DNA of 63,011 nucleotides, counting the filler, from Reticulomyxa filosa (lineage: Eukaryota; Protista; Foraminifera): the NCBI GenBank assembly GCA_000512085.1. It is 23 parts of 23 records of this genome, joined end to end, with 100 filler letters (N's around TTAATTAATTAA, not from the genome) between each part and the next. Parts side by side here need not be neighbours in the genome. Positions count along the whole stretch, not along the records: positions 41,918 to 54,813 come from ASPP01005621.1; positions 54,914 to 56,010 come from ASPP01040650.1; positions 56,111 to 58,033 come from ASPP01009993.1; positions 58,134 to 59,160 come from ASPP01026604.1; positions 59,261 to 60,426 come from ASPP01003466.1; positions 60,527 to 61,608 come from ASPP01041068.1; positions 61,709 to 63,011 come from ASPP01029184.1; 16 more parts are not named here. The stretch is one strand, 5' to 3'. Under the pieces are notes generated by a model that was given only the letters and a program-made list of their open reading frames with translations, was not told the DNA's origin and ran no database searches. Position 1 is the first letter of the stretch. Each line of letters begins with the position of its first letter. The translations under genes were made by a program, and so were the position numbers. Positions 51,427-63,011 of the stretch are shown one piece after another.

Positions 51427-52770
51427 ATGAGCCACGATAATAATGAAAAAAAACCAGTAAAAGATACATGGGAAATGCCAACTCTTCGGGCACTGATGGG
51501 AGAAATTGGCAGTGCTGCCGTAGGAGGAATGATCCATTCGTTCATAGAAACTCCGATCGTCATTCCAATTGAAGCTTCCATTACACAAACCCAAATTAAT
51601 GGTCGTAATTTCTTTTGGAACTTTGGTCAATTATTTAAAGGAGGAAACCTTTATCGCAGGTATGACCTTTTTATAAGTCAAGAACGAGGACCCTTTTTTT
51701 TCCCCGCACTTTTTGCAATTTTTTTAAAGCAGATGTATACGTGTTACAAATAAATAAATTATAGTTTGCCAACCGCTTTGATAGGAGCAGCACCAAAAGC
51801 TGTAATCCACTACTCGTAAGATTATGTTTATATTTGTACTGATCTGACCGCAATATGTCTTCTCTTGTTTCGTCTTTTCATTGGCTTTCAAAAAAAAAAA
51901 ACAACAGATGGCTTGTCCTTTATTCGAACATGTTTGTTCCATCCGGTATGTATATGTCTGTCAGTGGTGTGACATTAACTTAAATTAGGCGTTTGTTTTT
52001 TTCATGTGTCCCTGTGGTCCCTTTTTTTGTTATAAAAAAAGGATCCATGAGAGACGCCACATTAAAGCAGAGCGTAACCGTAGGCTTGGCGACTGGTGGC
52101 AGTGAGGTCATATTAAGTACCCCTTTGAATTTCCTGAAGTTTCGAATGCAACGACCAGAATGGGGCTACAAGGGCTTATTGGATGCCATAAGGCGAATAG
52201 CCAAGGAAGAAGGAATTGGTGCTTACTGGAAAGGTACTTTGCCAACATTTTGCCGTAACTCCACTTGTATGGCTGGCATGTTGGGTGGAATCAGTGTGTT
52301 GAAGCCTTTGTTCCCACAAGATTTTGCAAGAAAGTTAGTTTTCTGTGCAGTTGTTTGAGAAACAACAAAAAACACAGACGGAAAAGAAAAAACGGAAAAA
52401 GCAAAAAACAAAAATGATATGAAAAAAACTTGAAAGGAACTTACTGGCAGGAATGGGCGGTGGATTAATTGGAAGTTTAATATCATATCCTTTTGAAATG
52501 TGGCGAGCAGCTCGAATGCATAACCGAAACTTTTATGAGGAAATGTGGAGCAGAGGACCAAGGCGTATGCTCGCTGGCTGGGCTCCTGGAGCTACACGAT
52601 TGGTCATTACCAGTGGCATCATGGGTGAATTACTGCCTCGATTGAAGCAATGGGCAAATGCTATGTCAAAAGAAGATGCACCAAAACAAAAGACAGAAGC
52701 TAAACCAACACCACCTCAACCCAATCAAAGTACTGCTAACTCGGGCAACTCCAACGAAAAGAAAAAATAA
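51427..52770 (+). CDS. Mitochondrial carrier (SLC25) family protein, 5 exons
   Basis: Three repeats with signature positions PIEASITQTQ, PLNFLKFRMQ and PFEMWRAARM; YKGLLDAIRRIAKEEGIGAYWKG. Introns start at ~51660, 51816, 51946 and 52334. Confidence 0.88.
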
Positions 52771-54269
52771 TCAGAAGGAAACGATACGAAAAATCGCCTT
52801 TTGTTCGAAATTTATTGATAGACTTATCACTTTGTTCAGAAAATTGAATTACTGGTAAAGAAATTGTTATCGCCTTTAGGCGTTTGTTCACTTTTTCTTT
52901 GCATACGTCTTTAGTCAACATCGAATGAACTTCATACGCTCTTATCTTGTAAACGTATACTATACAATTTCCTTATAATATTGACACGATTGTAAGTGTG
53001 GAAGAATACTACCCGCTTCTTAAAACAAAAATTTCAACGGCAGAATGTATTTGCTTTAATGTGCTTTGAAGATTTTCAAAGAGCTTTTATCTTCGTCAAT
53101 TGAGGAACTTTCAATAATAAAACGTATTTAAACCATGATCATTTAACTGGTTTTAAACAAGTGAACAATCAATCTGTATTCATAGAATTATCCAAATGTT
53201 AAAATACACGCAAACCATCAGAAATATCATCACTAAGTAATACATATCATAATACTGAATTAATATAATCGCATCACTTGTATGTACTAAATAAATCATA
53301 ACTTAATATTAATACGTATACTATCACGAAATTATAGTTTAGAATAAATTGACAATGTAAGAATAATAGGCTAGTTGTAATTTTGAATGTATTAACTTTT
53401 TTGTAAATATGATACGATATTTACATATGTTCAAATTACAAGTGATAAAATACAAAAAACAAATTAACTATTGTATGGCAACTCCGTACTAACCATGACC
53501 AAAGCGTGTGATTTGAACATTTTTATTACTCAAACTTTTCATTTTCACTTTCACCAAAAGTCTTTTATTTGTTTCTTTATTTTCATTTTTACCTTTGTCT
53601 CGTTATTTGTCTTATTTACTTTTGCTTTATTAAAAGTTCATTCAAATAACACTCTTATTGCACTAAAGATCAATAATCATACAATATGCACAAAGTAGAA
53701 ATTTAAAGAATTGTAAAAAAAATAAAATTAATTGCTAATTCGAAAATGAAATAATCAATTTGATTGATTAATTTCTATATCGTTAATTTGTTTGATTATA
53801 CGTTAATTCATTTGTTGTCAATTTTATAGTCAATTTTTTTTGAATTTTTGTAGAGAACATGGAGCGGAAAAGCACGTTTTTAAGAAAAGTAAGAATGTGT
53901 TTTTGAATTTAAATTAAAAAAACAATTGGTATATTTGGAGTCAACTGACTCCATTGTGACGTAAGTAGTATCACTACATACCCACTCATTTGAGTCGTTG
54001 ATACAACACTGAAACAAAGTTTTGTAAGTTATCGATTTTTTCCAACTCTGGTACGAGTTAATCGGTTTCTGATTAGTGCTCTAAAGGGGGGTGATGAATT
54101 TTGATTTCTTCGACTTTCTTGGCATGATGATTTTTTGTATTCATGTTTGTTGCGTTGCAACATGTTCACTTATCGATGTTGTAGTGCAATGCCCTACTAA
54201 TTACAGGAGAAGCTTCATATGAACGAGGACATGCGTCAACATTATCCAAATCCAAATTCTTGTCAAATA

Positions 54270-54480
54270 CTAAGATCATCAATATTTCTTTAAATATATT
54301 TGAAACCTCTATAACATGCTATTAGTTTGTGGATGGTAAGTAAACGTGAATAATTGTTTCATCAGGATGTTGTGATTGAAAATAAGCAAGTATATCATGC
54401 ATCAACATAACAGGTAATACCACTTTGACTGTACGTATTAGTAAATTTCGTTTGTATATTGACAGCATCTTCTTGTTAAA
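54270..54480 (-). mobile_element. Gypsy/retroviral-type integrase relic
   Basis: Minus strand reads KVVLPVMLMHDILAYFQSQH, then frameshifts to LFTFTYHPQTNSML*RF..LK, matching the TxYHPQxNGxxER core motif. Confidence 0.65.
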
Positions 54481-54630
54481 TGATTACTGCAAACTCGCTG
54501 GAAGGTCTATAATATCGTTTTTTACTTATATCAGTTTTCTTTTTATGTTTTTTATTTTGTTGTAGTGTTACTGAGCTTCTGGAAAGCTTTTTAAGTCGAA
54601 TAATTTGTCGAAATCTCTTATTTCACGTGA

Positions 54631-54813
54631 TACAGTAGGTTGCAAAAAAACTGAACACCTAAAATGCCACCTTATGAAGATGATAGAGTTTCTTAATGAA
54701 AAACAAATATTTAAAGCTAATTTTTTTTTTTAAATATCTACAAGTATTGTAGTTTTTAAATATGATATTGATTTTTTAATAATTTTTTTTTAGGTTGGAG
54801 AAAAATATCATTC
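54631..54813 (+). mobile_element. Tc1/mariner-type TIR element (copy E, cut by contig end)
   Basis: TA-CAGTAGGTTGCAAAAAAACTGAACACCTAAAATGCCACCTTATGAAGATGATAGAGTTTCTTAATGAAAAACAAATATTTAAAGCTAATT is almost identical to the right arm of copy C. Confidence 0.85.
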
Positions 54814-55409
54814 NNNNNNNNNNNNNNNNNNNNNNNNNNNNNNNNNNNNNNNNNNNNTTAATTAATTAANNNNNNNNNNNNNNNNNNNNNNNNNNNNNNN
54901 NNNNNNNNNNNNNTTTTTTTTTCTTCCGTGACAAAGGTAATCAGATTCTCTTGCAAAAAAAAAATATCTTACAAAGAATTTGCTTCATTTTTAGGCTGTT
55001 TTTAATGATTGACATCAAGTGTTCTGGATTGAAATGCCTTTAATCGATTTTTTTTTTAAACAAAAATCAATTTAAGTAAGGAAATAAATAAAACTGTTTA
55101 TACTATGCAATAATAAGTTATCTACTTTTTAAATACTTTTTATTTAGTTGGCCTAAAATGAAAGAAACTGTACAAACAAAAATGAAAAGAACATCTTGTG
55201 TGTCAATATGGCAGACAAAATACATCATTTAAAGATAATAATATATATTTCTTTTTTCAATCATTGATATGTTTTTTTTTATAAAGAAAATTTATAGTGT
55301 TTTCAAAGGTTTGTTTGTAGAGTTTTTTTAGCAGTTAAGTGTTTTTTTTTTATCATCCACGTTGCAGTCAATATTTGTCACTGAATGAAAAACTAGAAAT
55401 ATGACATAA

Positions 55410-55623
55410 CATAATTAATAACAAGATTGCTAAAATCATAGATCATCACAACTTAATATTTAGTGTTCGAATCCAATGTTGAATAATTATTTTGATTTCT
55501 TCTTCTGGCTGTTCCAACGGCAAACAGCACACAACAAAACCGAAAGGTTATCAGCTTTAGAAAGACTGAAGCGAATTTTACCAGCGTTACTTGTATTGAA
55601 GTTTCATTGATAAGAGTTATCAT
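55410..55623 (-). pseudogene. Relic of WD40-family 5' end ('WIR' box) with in-frame stops
   Basis: MITLINETSIQVTL|PEEEIKIIIQHWIRTLNIKL** has the same exon structure as the gene at 16501, but the GW codons are mutated to stops. Confidence 0.75.
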
Positions 55624-56110
55624 TCTTTCAACTCTTTTGCTTTCTCGTTGAAATGATGTAAGAAAAAATGAGCTTTTTTCAAGCTCAACGAAAGAGTTGT
55701 CAAACGACTGTTTTTTCATCCAATGATAAGCAGTTAGTTTATAGGGTATAAAATCAGGTAAGAGAGTAAAATAATTAACAGAGGCATTTGTTGTCTTGAG
55801 GCAACACTCCATAATTGGATGATATTATTATCTGCGCAGTGGGATAACAAAATAAAACCAAAAATATCAAATAAAGTTTTTCAAGAATTAGATTATAACA
55901 CAAAAACAAGAGAAAAAAAGATTTTTTTAATTAAAAAACAATAATGACATCCTAGATTGATTTCCAGCAACAAAATGTCCAGTCCCAAGCAAATGAAAAC
56001 AGAACATGCANNNNNNNNNNNNNNNNNNNNNNNNNNNNNNNNNNNNNNNNNNNNTTAATTAATTAANNNNNNNNNNNNNNNNNNNNNNNNNNNNNNNNNN
56101 NNNNNNNNNN

Positions 56111-56139
<29 letters not shown>

Positions 56140-56144
<5 letters not shown>

Positions 56145-56620
56145 GATTGTGTTGGACAAAACAGTTTTTAATGGCATTCGAATTTGTGTTGTTAGATTGT
56201 TGAAATAAGGTTGGTATTGAAATGTGAAACGAGAACCGCTTCGACGGACTTCGATAATTTGTTTGTCTTTTTGGTCTTTAATTGTATTCCATTCTTTGTC
56301 GTCAATTATGCCGATCATTTGGAAATACATCTGACGAAGTGTCGACTCGCCCATCTGTTCAAATTCGTTCATTTTTATTTGTTTTGCTTTTTAATTTTTC
56401 TCTGCATATAAACATATAGTGTATACATGTATACATATATGTATTGCATATGTGTATATATGCATATTTGCCAATTCATTATTTATTATTATCATTTTTT
56501 TTTTTTTTTTAGTTCAATAACGAAAATGATCCATTTGTCTCTCAATTCAATTAAAGCTTGACTCGCAGTGATTTCGGGATATTCACATGCTGCTGACAGT
56601 GGATACAAAGCCTGCTCCAC
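56140..56620 (-). CDS. Hypothetical spliced protein fragment
   Basis: ORF 56055-56372 with coding-like composition, a microsatellite intron upstream and a further coding-like block at ~56510-56620. Confidence 0.35.
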
Positions 56621-57128
56621 ACATATACGCGTTTGGGTTTCTGTTTATGTTTAATTTATATGCAGTTTGAAAACGTTTTCAAAGGCATAATCTTCTTTAC
56701 TTTATTTTCACCTTTGGCGTGGCTAAAATGTGGGCATATATTCACAAATAACACAAATAAATGCAGAATGGCCAACAACGACATGTTTGGCAAGGATGAA
56801 AGGGGCAAATCGAGCTTTCACACAAAAAAGCGAGCCAAGAAAGAAGTGACGAACGAAAACACTTTGATACAAAGTTCCGTTACGTTTCTATGGTTTTGCA
56901 TGTACGTTTTGTCAACTTTTGATATGTATTACATGATACATTATAATAAATAGATTTTTATGTTTTATTTTGTGTATATAATGAAAACAGTTTCATTGGA
57001 AATATTGTCGATTATTCAGATTTCTTTACATATTGATATATTTAGTAGTTTATTGTTATCTTGACTTTAGCGTCGTTTTATGCGTGTTTGAGACTTAGTT
57101 GCTTATTATTCTGCATCCATTTTACAAC

Positions 57129-57420
57129 TACGGTAGACTGCAGAAAAAACTGCAGATCAAATATCACCTCATAAGGATCAATTTTCTACATGAAAAACAA
57201 ACATTTAAACTTTTTTTATCTTAAAAAAATATCTGCAAATATTGTAGTTTTATATATGAAATTGGTTTTATAATAAATTTTATGATGGATAAAAACATCA
57301 TTTTTTCATATGATTTTTGAAAATTTATATTAACACATATAAACTAAACCTGTTGTTACTATGAAACTTTTAAATCTTTGTTTCTTTTTTAGGAATCTTC
57401 AAGTCACGTTGATACTTTTT
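57129..57420 (+). mobile_element. Tc1/mariner-type TIR element (copy F)
   Basis: TA-CGGTAGACTGCAGAAAAAACTG..ATTTTCTACATGAAAAACAAACATTTAAA..AGGAATCTTCAAGTCACGTTGATAC is colinear with the reverse complement of copy A. Confidence 0.75.
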
Positions 57421-58494
57421 CAAAGAAAAAATTATTATTTTTAAAATTCAACATCGTTTCTAACAAAGAAATCAGTCAACAATTTATAACATAAAACAAT
57501 TGAAAAAATTATATGTAAAAACATTTAAAAATCAATAAATAATAAGATATTGTTAAATTATCTTTACTAATTTTTCAAAAATTTAATTTTTTTTTAATTT
57601 TGTGTTATTCTTAAGATTTGTGCATTATAAAGAAATTATTGTTTTTTACTAATACTGACTTTGTCGTCCAATCATCATCGATCGTTCGCATTTTTTTAAC
57701 AAATGGCAAATAAATCGAGTTAAAATGAAAATTTAATGTATATTTTTTAATTAAAAGGACTACCATTTGATTAAATTACCTTTTTATTACAACATGATCG
57801 CATTCAATATAACATAGATTTATTAAGTAAATATGCTTATTTGCATATTTTTTTATACTATTATTCAATTGTCTACAAAGTTCTTCTTTGTTTTTACTGT
57901 ATCTGTTTTTGTATATTCTTGTTTTAACTACCAACGACAAGTATTCTATTTTATTAAATATGTTCTTCTTAATCACTCTGGTTATAGTTGTGTGGGACTT
58001 GTGAGAAGACTAAGTGTAATACGAAAGGAACTTNNNNNNNNNNNNNNNNNNNNNNNNNNNNNNNNNNNNNNNNNNNNTTAATTAATTAANNNNNNNNNNN
58101 NNNNNNNNNNNNNNNNNNNNNNNNNNNNNNNNNATTTTTGCAATTTTAATTCACAAAAAGTAAATAATATTCCCGGTTTCTTGTTCTTATTCAAAGTAAA
58201 ATACTGAGTGTGTATCTTATTTGATTTTTTTCTTCTTTACACTGATTTTCTTTAATTTTGTTTTTCAAATTTCTAAAGTGAAGTTGTTTTGCTCATAATT
58301 GAAGATCCACTTAAAGGGATGCCGAATGGATTTTTTTTTTGGAGCGCATTTCTCTTTGGAGTAAGTTTTTTTTGGAGTGTATTTTTCTCCAAAAAAAAAA
58401 AGTGGATAAAAAGATGTTCAAAATTGAAAAAGATCACAATTTTTCAATTGTCAAAATCCAAACTTAAAAAAATCCACTCTTTTTTTTTCTTGTC

Positions 58495-59160
58495 TTAACC
58501 GACTCTGTAAACTGAATGTTGTTGGTATATATTAATACTCTTAGTTAATTTATACGTGCTTATCTTCCTGAATAATGACATGTCCACTAACCATATGTTT
58601 AAGTCTTGATCAGTGACAAGATAGTGATTATTTTCGGTATTAACACCTAAAACAATCGTGTAATGAGCACAAATGTCATTTCCACCCAAAATAATTAAAG
58701 ACCAATCTTTGAAATCAGTACCATCAATATAACTCCAGTTTATGTTTACTTCACCTCGTAATAGAGTTTCTGTACCTTTCCATCCACAATACTTAAAATG
58801 AGGTTTTATATTTTTCTCGTAAAAATTTGTATAACTCCATCCACAACCAAGCAATTTATTATATTCATATTCACTCGTACTCAATTGTTTGGAATAGTCG
58901 TACATTTTCAAACAAATATTAATCGCATTGTTGCCACAACCCCAATTGGTGCCTACACGTTCATAATCTTGAGCATCCTTTAATCTCGATTTTGGAATAA
59001 CATTAGAAAATGTTTGGCCATTGATTGTAACGACAGTACCTGAATCATCATAATAATCCAAAAAATCGTCCAATGATACCTCCGCTTCACTAGCTCTGCT
59101 CATATCGTACCAGTTTTTGCCCTCACCGTTAAATATTTTTCCTGTGCAACCTAAACAAGT
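58495..59160 (-). CDS. Papain-fold C39-like cysteine peptidase domain protein, 5'-truncated
   Basis: Frame is open from the contig end (TCLGCTGKIFNG..). Putative triad WGCGNNA(Cys)..CAHYTIVLG(His)..YLVTD(Asp). Confidence 0.6.
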   Translation of the reverse strand, partial: TCLGCTGKIFNGEGKNWYDMSRASEAEVSLDDFLDYYDDSGTVVTINGQTFSNVIPKSRLKDAQDYERVGTNWGCGNNAINICLKMYDYSKQLSTSEYEYNKLLGCGWSYTNFYEKNIKPHFKYCGWKGTETLLRGEVNINWSYIDGTDFKDWSLIILGGNDICAHYTIVLGVNTENNHYLVTDQDLNIWLVDMSLFRKISTYKLTKSINIYQQHSVYRVG

Positions 59161-59260
59161 NNNNNNNNNNNNNNNNNNNNNNNNNNNNNNNNNNNNNNNN
59201 NNNNTTAATTAATTAANNNNNNNNNNNNNNNNNNNNNNNNNNNNNNNNNNNNNNNNNNNN

Positions 59261-59742
59261 ATAAAACCATTCGAATATGGGATATTGAAACAACAAAACA
59301 ATTGGATGTATTCAAAGGACATAAACACTTTGTGTATAGTGTAAAGTATGGGCCAAATAAACTAGTAAATACAATATTATCTGGATCATGGGACAAAAGT
59401 GTTCGTTTGTGGGATATTCGATCTGGTCAACAAATTCAAGTATTTGATGGACATACAAATTCTGTGTGGTCTGTTGAATATTCACCATTTGTAGTAAATA
59501 ATGTTAAACCTGATGATAGTTCAAATGTGATATGTTCTGGATCAAGTGATAAAACAATTCGTTTTTGGGATATTCGGTCAAATAAGGGGGAATTATATGT
59601 GATGAAAGTAGATGATGAAGTAACAAGTCTTAAATTTTTAATATCGAAAAAGAAAGCAAATAATAATGAAAAAAAATTAAATGATGATAGTATTAATTTA
59701 TGTTATGGTTCGGCCGAGAATTTAGTTTGTGTTTGGGGGTAA
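59261..59742 (+). CDS. WD40-repeat protein C-terminal part, 5'-truncated
   Basis: KTIRIWDIE..GHKHFVYSVKYG..VRLWDIRSG..GHTNSVWSVEYSPF..IRFWDIR..VCVWG*. Confidence 0.92.
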
Positions 59743-59761
59743 ACACATATGAATAAGATAC

Positions 59762-59974
59762 CTTATTCCAAAATAATATTTGTGTCCATTATCCAATTCA
59801 ATTATAAATAGTCCAGCAATTGCTTTAAATGGAATAACATATAATCGATCATCAACTATGAATCAATATCAAAATATTTCAAATTATTCTTCCTTAATGA
59901 TCGATGGAAATTTACAACTTTTTCCTGATGATTTGCGACAAAATATTCAAAATTTTTTGAAAAGCCCAAAATGA
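59762..59974 (+). pseudogene. U-box domain relic
   Basis: LIPK*YLCPLSNSIINSPAIALNGITYNRSS..LFP..LRQNIQNFL matches the U-box consensus with one internal TAA. Confidence 0.7.
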
Positions 59975-60559
59975 TGTTTATCACTTCTTTGTAAAATTTT
60001 TTGTATTTTTTAAAAAAGATTTGTAAACAATCATTTTAAGTACATTTCAAATTTTTCTCGTATTGAATAAATAGGTATTGTCACAAATGCAACCACTTTT
60101 TCATGTGTTCTAGAGAAAAAATTCAAACATTTTTTCATCAAGACAAAAAACTGAAAGAATGGTCCATTCATGGCAATAAGAAGCGAATACTGATCCCATC
60201 CGATCTTTCAGAAAATTAGTCAACGGACATGAAATATTGTTTGGTGGTGTCATCATTGCAAAGTAATAACAAGAATGATTGAACATATTTTTCATCCAAA
60301 AAAAATGTAAGCAATCCAGTGATTTTAAACAGACTAATTTTTGAAGTAAGATATTTATGTTTAGTTATTCTTTGAAAGAAACAAAATTATGTAATATCAA
60401 TATTTGCCATCTTGTGAATCACTAAGNNNNNNNNNNNNNNNNNNNNNNNNNNNNNNNNNNNNNNNNNNNNTTAATTAATTAANNNNNNNNNNNNNNNNNN
60501 NNNNNNNNNNNNNNNNNNNNNNNNNNAAAAAAAAAAAAAATAACCAGTCTGCTGGTTTT

Positions 60560-61608
60560 GTTAAGTTTGTATATAGAAATGTTCTTCATCTTTGGAAACG
60601 CGCAAAATCGCCACTTGCGGACGTGGATAACTTCACATATCGCACCCCAAAGAAAAATTCTAAACAAGTGTGACAATTTCAAGGAGTGGCAGTTGAAAGA
60701 ACGTTTTCCATCAACATAAGTGCACAAAAAGTTTCTGCGGATAATTGTCGGCGCAGCACAGCACTAAAGGTATCTAGCTGCGATCTATCGAAGCCCCAAT
60801 GGACAAGGAGCACTTGGTTGTTATGGAAATTGCGCTAATTTTTGTTAACGCAGAGATTGCGCAATCGTTCCGAAACTGGTCGTGTGTGCACGCACATTTG
60901 CACAGTTAGATTTTGGATCGTGCGTATACTGACGGGTAGCACTCAAGAAAGCGAAAAGTGGAAAACGAAGAAGAGAAGAACGTGGACGCTGTTAGAAAAT
61001 AACCGACATTGCGATCGAGCAGGCACTACATCGGGGAGGATCATCCAATGTAAAAATGATTTAATTTAGTTGGGCCGAAATTCCAAGACACTGGCAAGAA
61101 AAAATAGGAAGAGGAAGAGGATAATAAACAAAAAGAAAGAGAATGTCAGGTCCATATTGCGTTGGATTTGTTTAAAGGAGAAAAAAAAAAAAAAAAAAAG
61201 TTGACATGCTTCATTGAACTTGGTTATTGATTTGCTCTTTTAAATCTCGAACCGCGCAAAATCGCCACTCGCAACCGTATACTAACTTCCCATCGCGCGC
61301 TCCAGTAGAAAGTGCTGAACGAATATGGCAGTGGTAGCCCAAAGTATTGTGAAGAATTTGTTTATCATCAACGTGAACAGACACAAGTCTCTGACGCTGT
61401 GCTATTCCAACAATTATCCGCAAAGGTTGTGTCGAAATGCAATCTACTGGCGCTAACGAACAATGGAAAATTGGTCGTAATGGAAATGGCAATCTAATTT
61501 TATAAACTCACGACAATAATCGAAACTAGCTGTGTGTGTGCGTGCGCACATGCGCAAATTTTGGATTTTAAATCATACACGTGCTAATGGGAGGAATGGT
61601 AAGCTCGA
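60560..61608 (+). repeat. Diverged tandem duplication (~390-nt units at ~60560-60950 and ~61215-61608); coding relic, possibly ricin-B-like
   Basis: Shared blocks CGCGCAAAATCGCCACT, ATGGAAATNGC..TAATTT and CGAAACT..GTGTGTG..CGCACAT. QW-like motifs SKPQWT and ANEQWKI. Confidence 0.6.
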
Positions 61609-61708
61609 NNNNNNNNNNNNNNNNNNNNNNNNNNNNNNNNNNNNNNNNNNNNTTAATTAATTAANNNNNNNNNNNNNNNNNNNNNNNNNNNNNNNNNNNN
61701 NNNNNNNN

Positions 61709-63011
61709 AATCAAAACTGAATTATCCCATGTGAATAGCACAATCTGTTGACCGTTTGGTGAAAAAGCTCCAAATGTTGATCTCACATCGCTCAATAGTC
61801 GAACCTGACCAGACTGTAAGTCCCATATGTTTGTTGTACCACTTGAAAAAAATGCAATAATCGTACCATCTGGTGAAAAATGTGCTGTGTCTATATTGTC
61901 TGCATGTACTTCCAATTTTTTAATTTCAATACCAGATTCTACATTCCATAAACAGATAGTATTGTCAAATAAACAAGACAAGATCATAGTACCATCTGGT
62001 GAAAATAGCACTTGGTCAGTATGGTTTGAATGTCCTTTTAATTGTTTAACTATTTTTCCTGAGTTTACATCCCATATTCGGATTATTTTGCTTCTTGATG
62101 CTGTGACAAATTTTTGGCCATCTGGTGAAAATTGCACCATATGCAAACGGTCTCCTTTACAGTTAATTTCTTTTACAAATTGAAAATATCTCAGCTATTG
62201 TATGTTATTGTGATAATAATGGTGTTATCATTTATAAAATAAAATAAAATAAAATATACAATCATAAATATTATACCAAAATATATTTTGAAGTGATAAT
62301 GTTAAAATCATGAATCCATCCAATCTTGATAGACAATGATCGAATCCAATACTCGAGTATTTTCTTTATTTCTTTTTTTTTCTGTTACAAAATAATTTTG
62401 TTCATAAATAATATAATAAAAAAAAATAAAAAACTCTATTTAATGCTTTGATCAAAGTGCTTGAATCCAATTTTTTCATTTGTTCAATTATTATCTTTTC
62501 TTGTTCTTTCGCTATTTTTTGTATTTCTTTTTCTTTATCTGTTTTTATCATTTCTTTTATTTTCATTTTTATGTGTGCTGATACAAGCGCGTTATCATAA
62601 TAACCACCTGAAATATGCACGGACTGATTATCTTCATTTAATGTCGCAACACAACAACTTAATGGAATAGGCAATGCTTGGTCAAGTGTTACACATCTTT
62701 CTTCTGATATAGTATATTTATATATTTTATTTGAAATATTTTCATTTGGAATAAGATCATGATCAGGGCCAAAATTATCTAAAATACCATTCCATCCACC
62801 AAAAAATAGAACAAAATCATCAATATGAACATAAGCATAATAACTGATTGATGTAATATTTGAAAGAATACGTATTTTATGAAATTCAAATTTATTATCA
62901 TTTTCATTATATAAAATTGATAATATTGTTTCATAACAAAATAATAACATTCGATTATTATTTTTCCTTTTTATAAAACAATGATGATGTATATCATTAC
63001 CTGCTGGTAAA
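61709..63011 (-). CDS. Kelch-like propeller, 'WIR' box and WD40 repeats in one spliced gene, truncated at both ends
   Basis: Kelch YAYVHIDDFVLFFGG..VHISGG, coiled coil, then KEIKKILEYWIRSLSIKIGWIHDF, then VQFSPDGQKFVTAS..IWD..GHSN..FSPDG WD40 repeats. Confidence 0.8.

Noticed and set aside
58311-58490. TTAAAGGG start suggesting a Kolobok/piggyBac-like end; also GGGGCCATCC at 12960 suggesting a Harbinger-like end
   Set aside because: No matching opposite terminus or second copy in the window.

Overview
This window is not one locus. It is 23 unrelated contigs joined by 22 identical 100-nt spacers (N44-TTAATTAATTAA-N44, which puts stops in all six frames). Twenty contigs are AT-rich, intron-containing eukaryotic DNA. 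Their gene families point to a foraminiferan, most likely Reticulomyxa filosa (inferred, not searched): expanded WD40 proteins ending ..IRIWG, Kelch and RING-TRAF coiled-coil families, and an alpha-2-type tubulin C-terminus. Three contigs (1724-2924, 6069-7698, 37342-38443) are GC-rich bacterial DNA, probably alphaproteobacterial. They carry an NDUFA9-like SDR plus gltD, an amidohydrolase plus a COG0523 GTPase, and a NitT/TauT ABC transporter. Recognisable host genes include ARF, RPN7, a class I cyclic-nucleotide phosphodiesterase, RasGEF, ABCG, a mitochondrial carrier, a stand-alone BPL_N protein, an O-fucosyltransferase-like protein, PDZ, PWWP, RING, EF-hand, RCC1-like proteins and a C39-like peptidase. 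Between the genes lie decayed relics (alpha-tubulin, VLIG-type GTPase, CAP-Gly, U-box, LTR integrase) and at least six copies of a TA-CAGTAG Tc1/mariner-type TIR element. The most novel-looking signals are: (i) introns with A-rich acceptors whose two ends are often reverse-complementary; (ii) a recurrent ~35-aa 'WIR...GWIxDF' box attached to WD40 and Kelch propellers; (iii) the MITE family. All assignments are by eye from motifs; no database searches were run.
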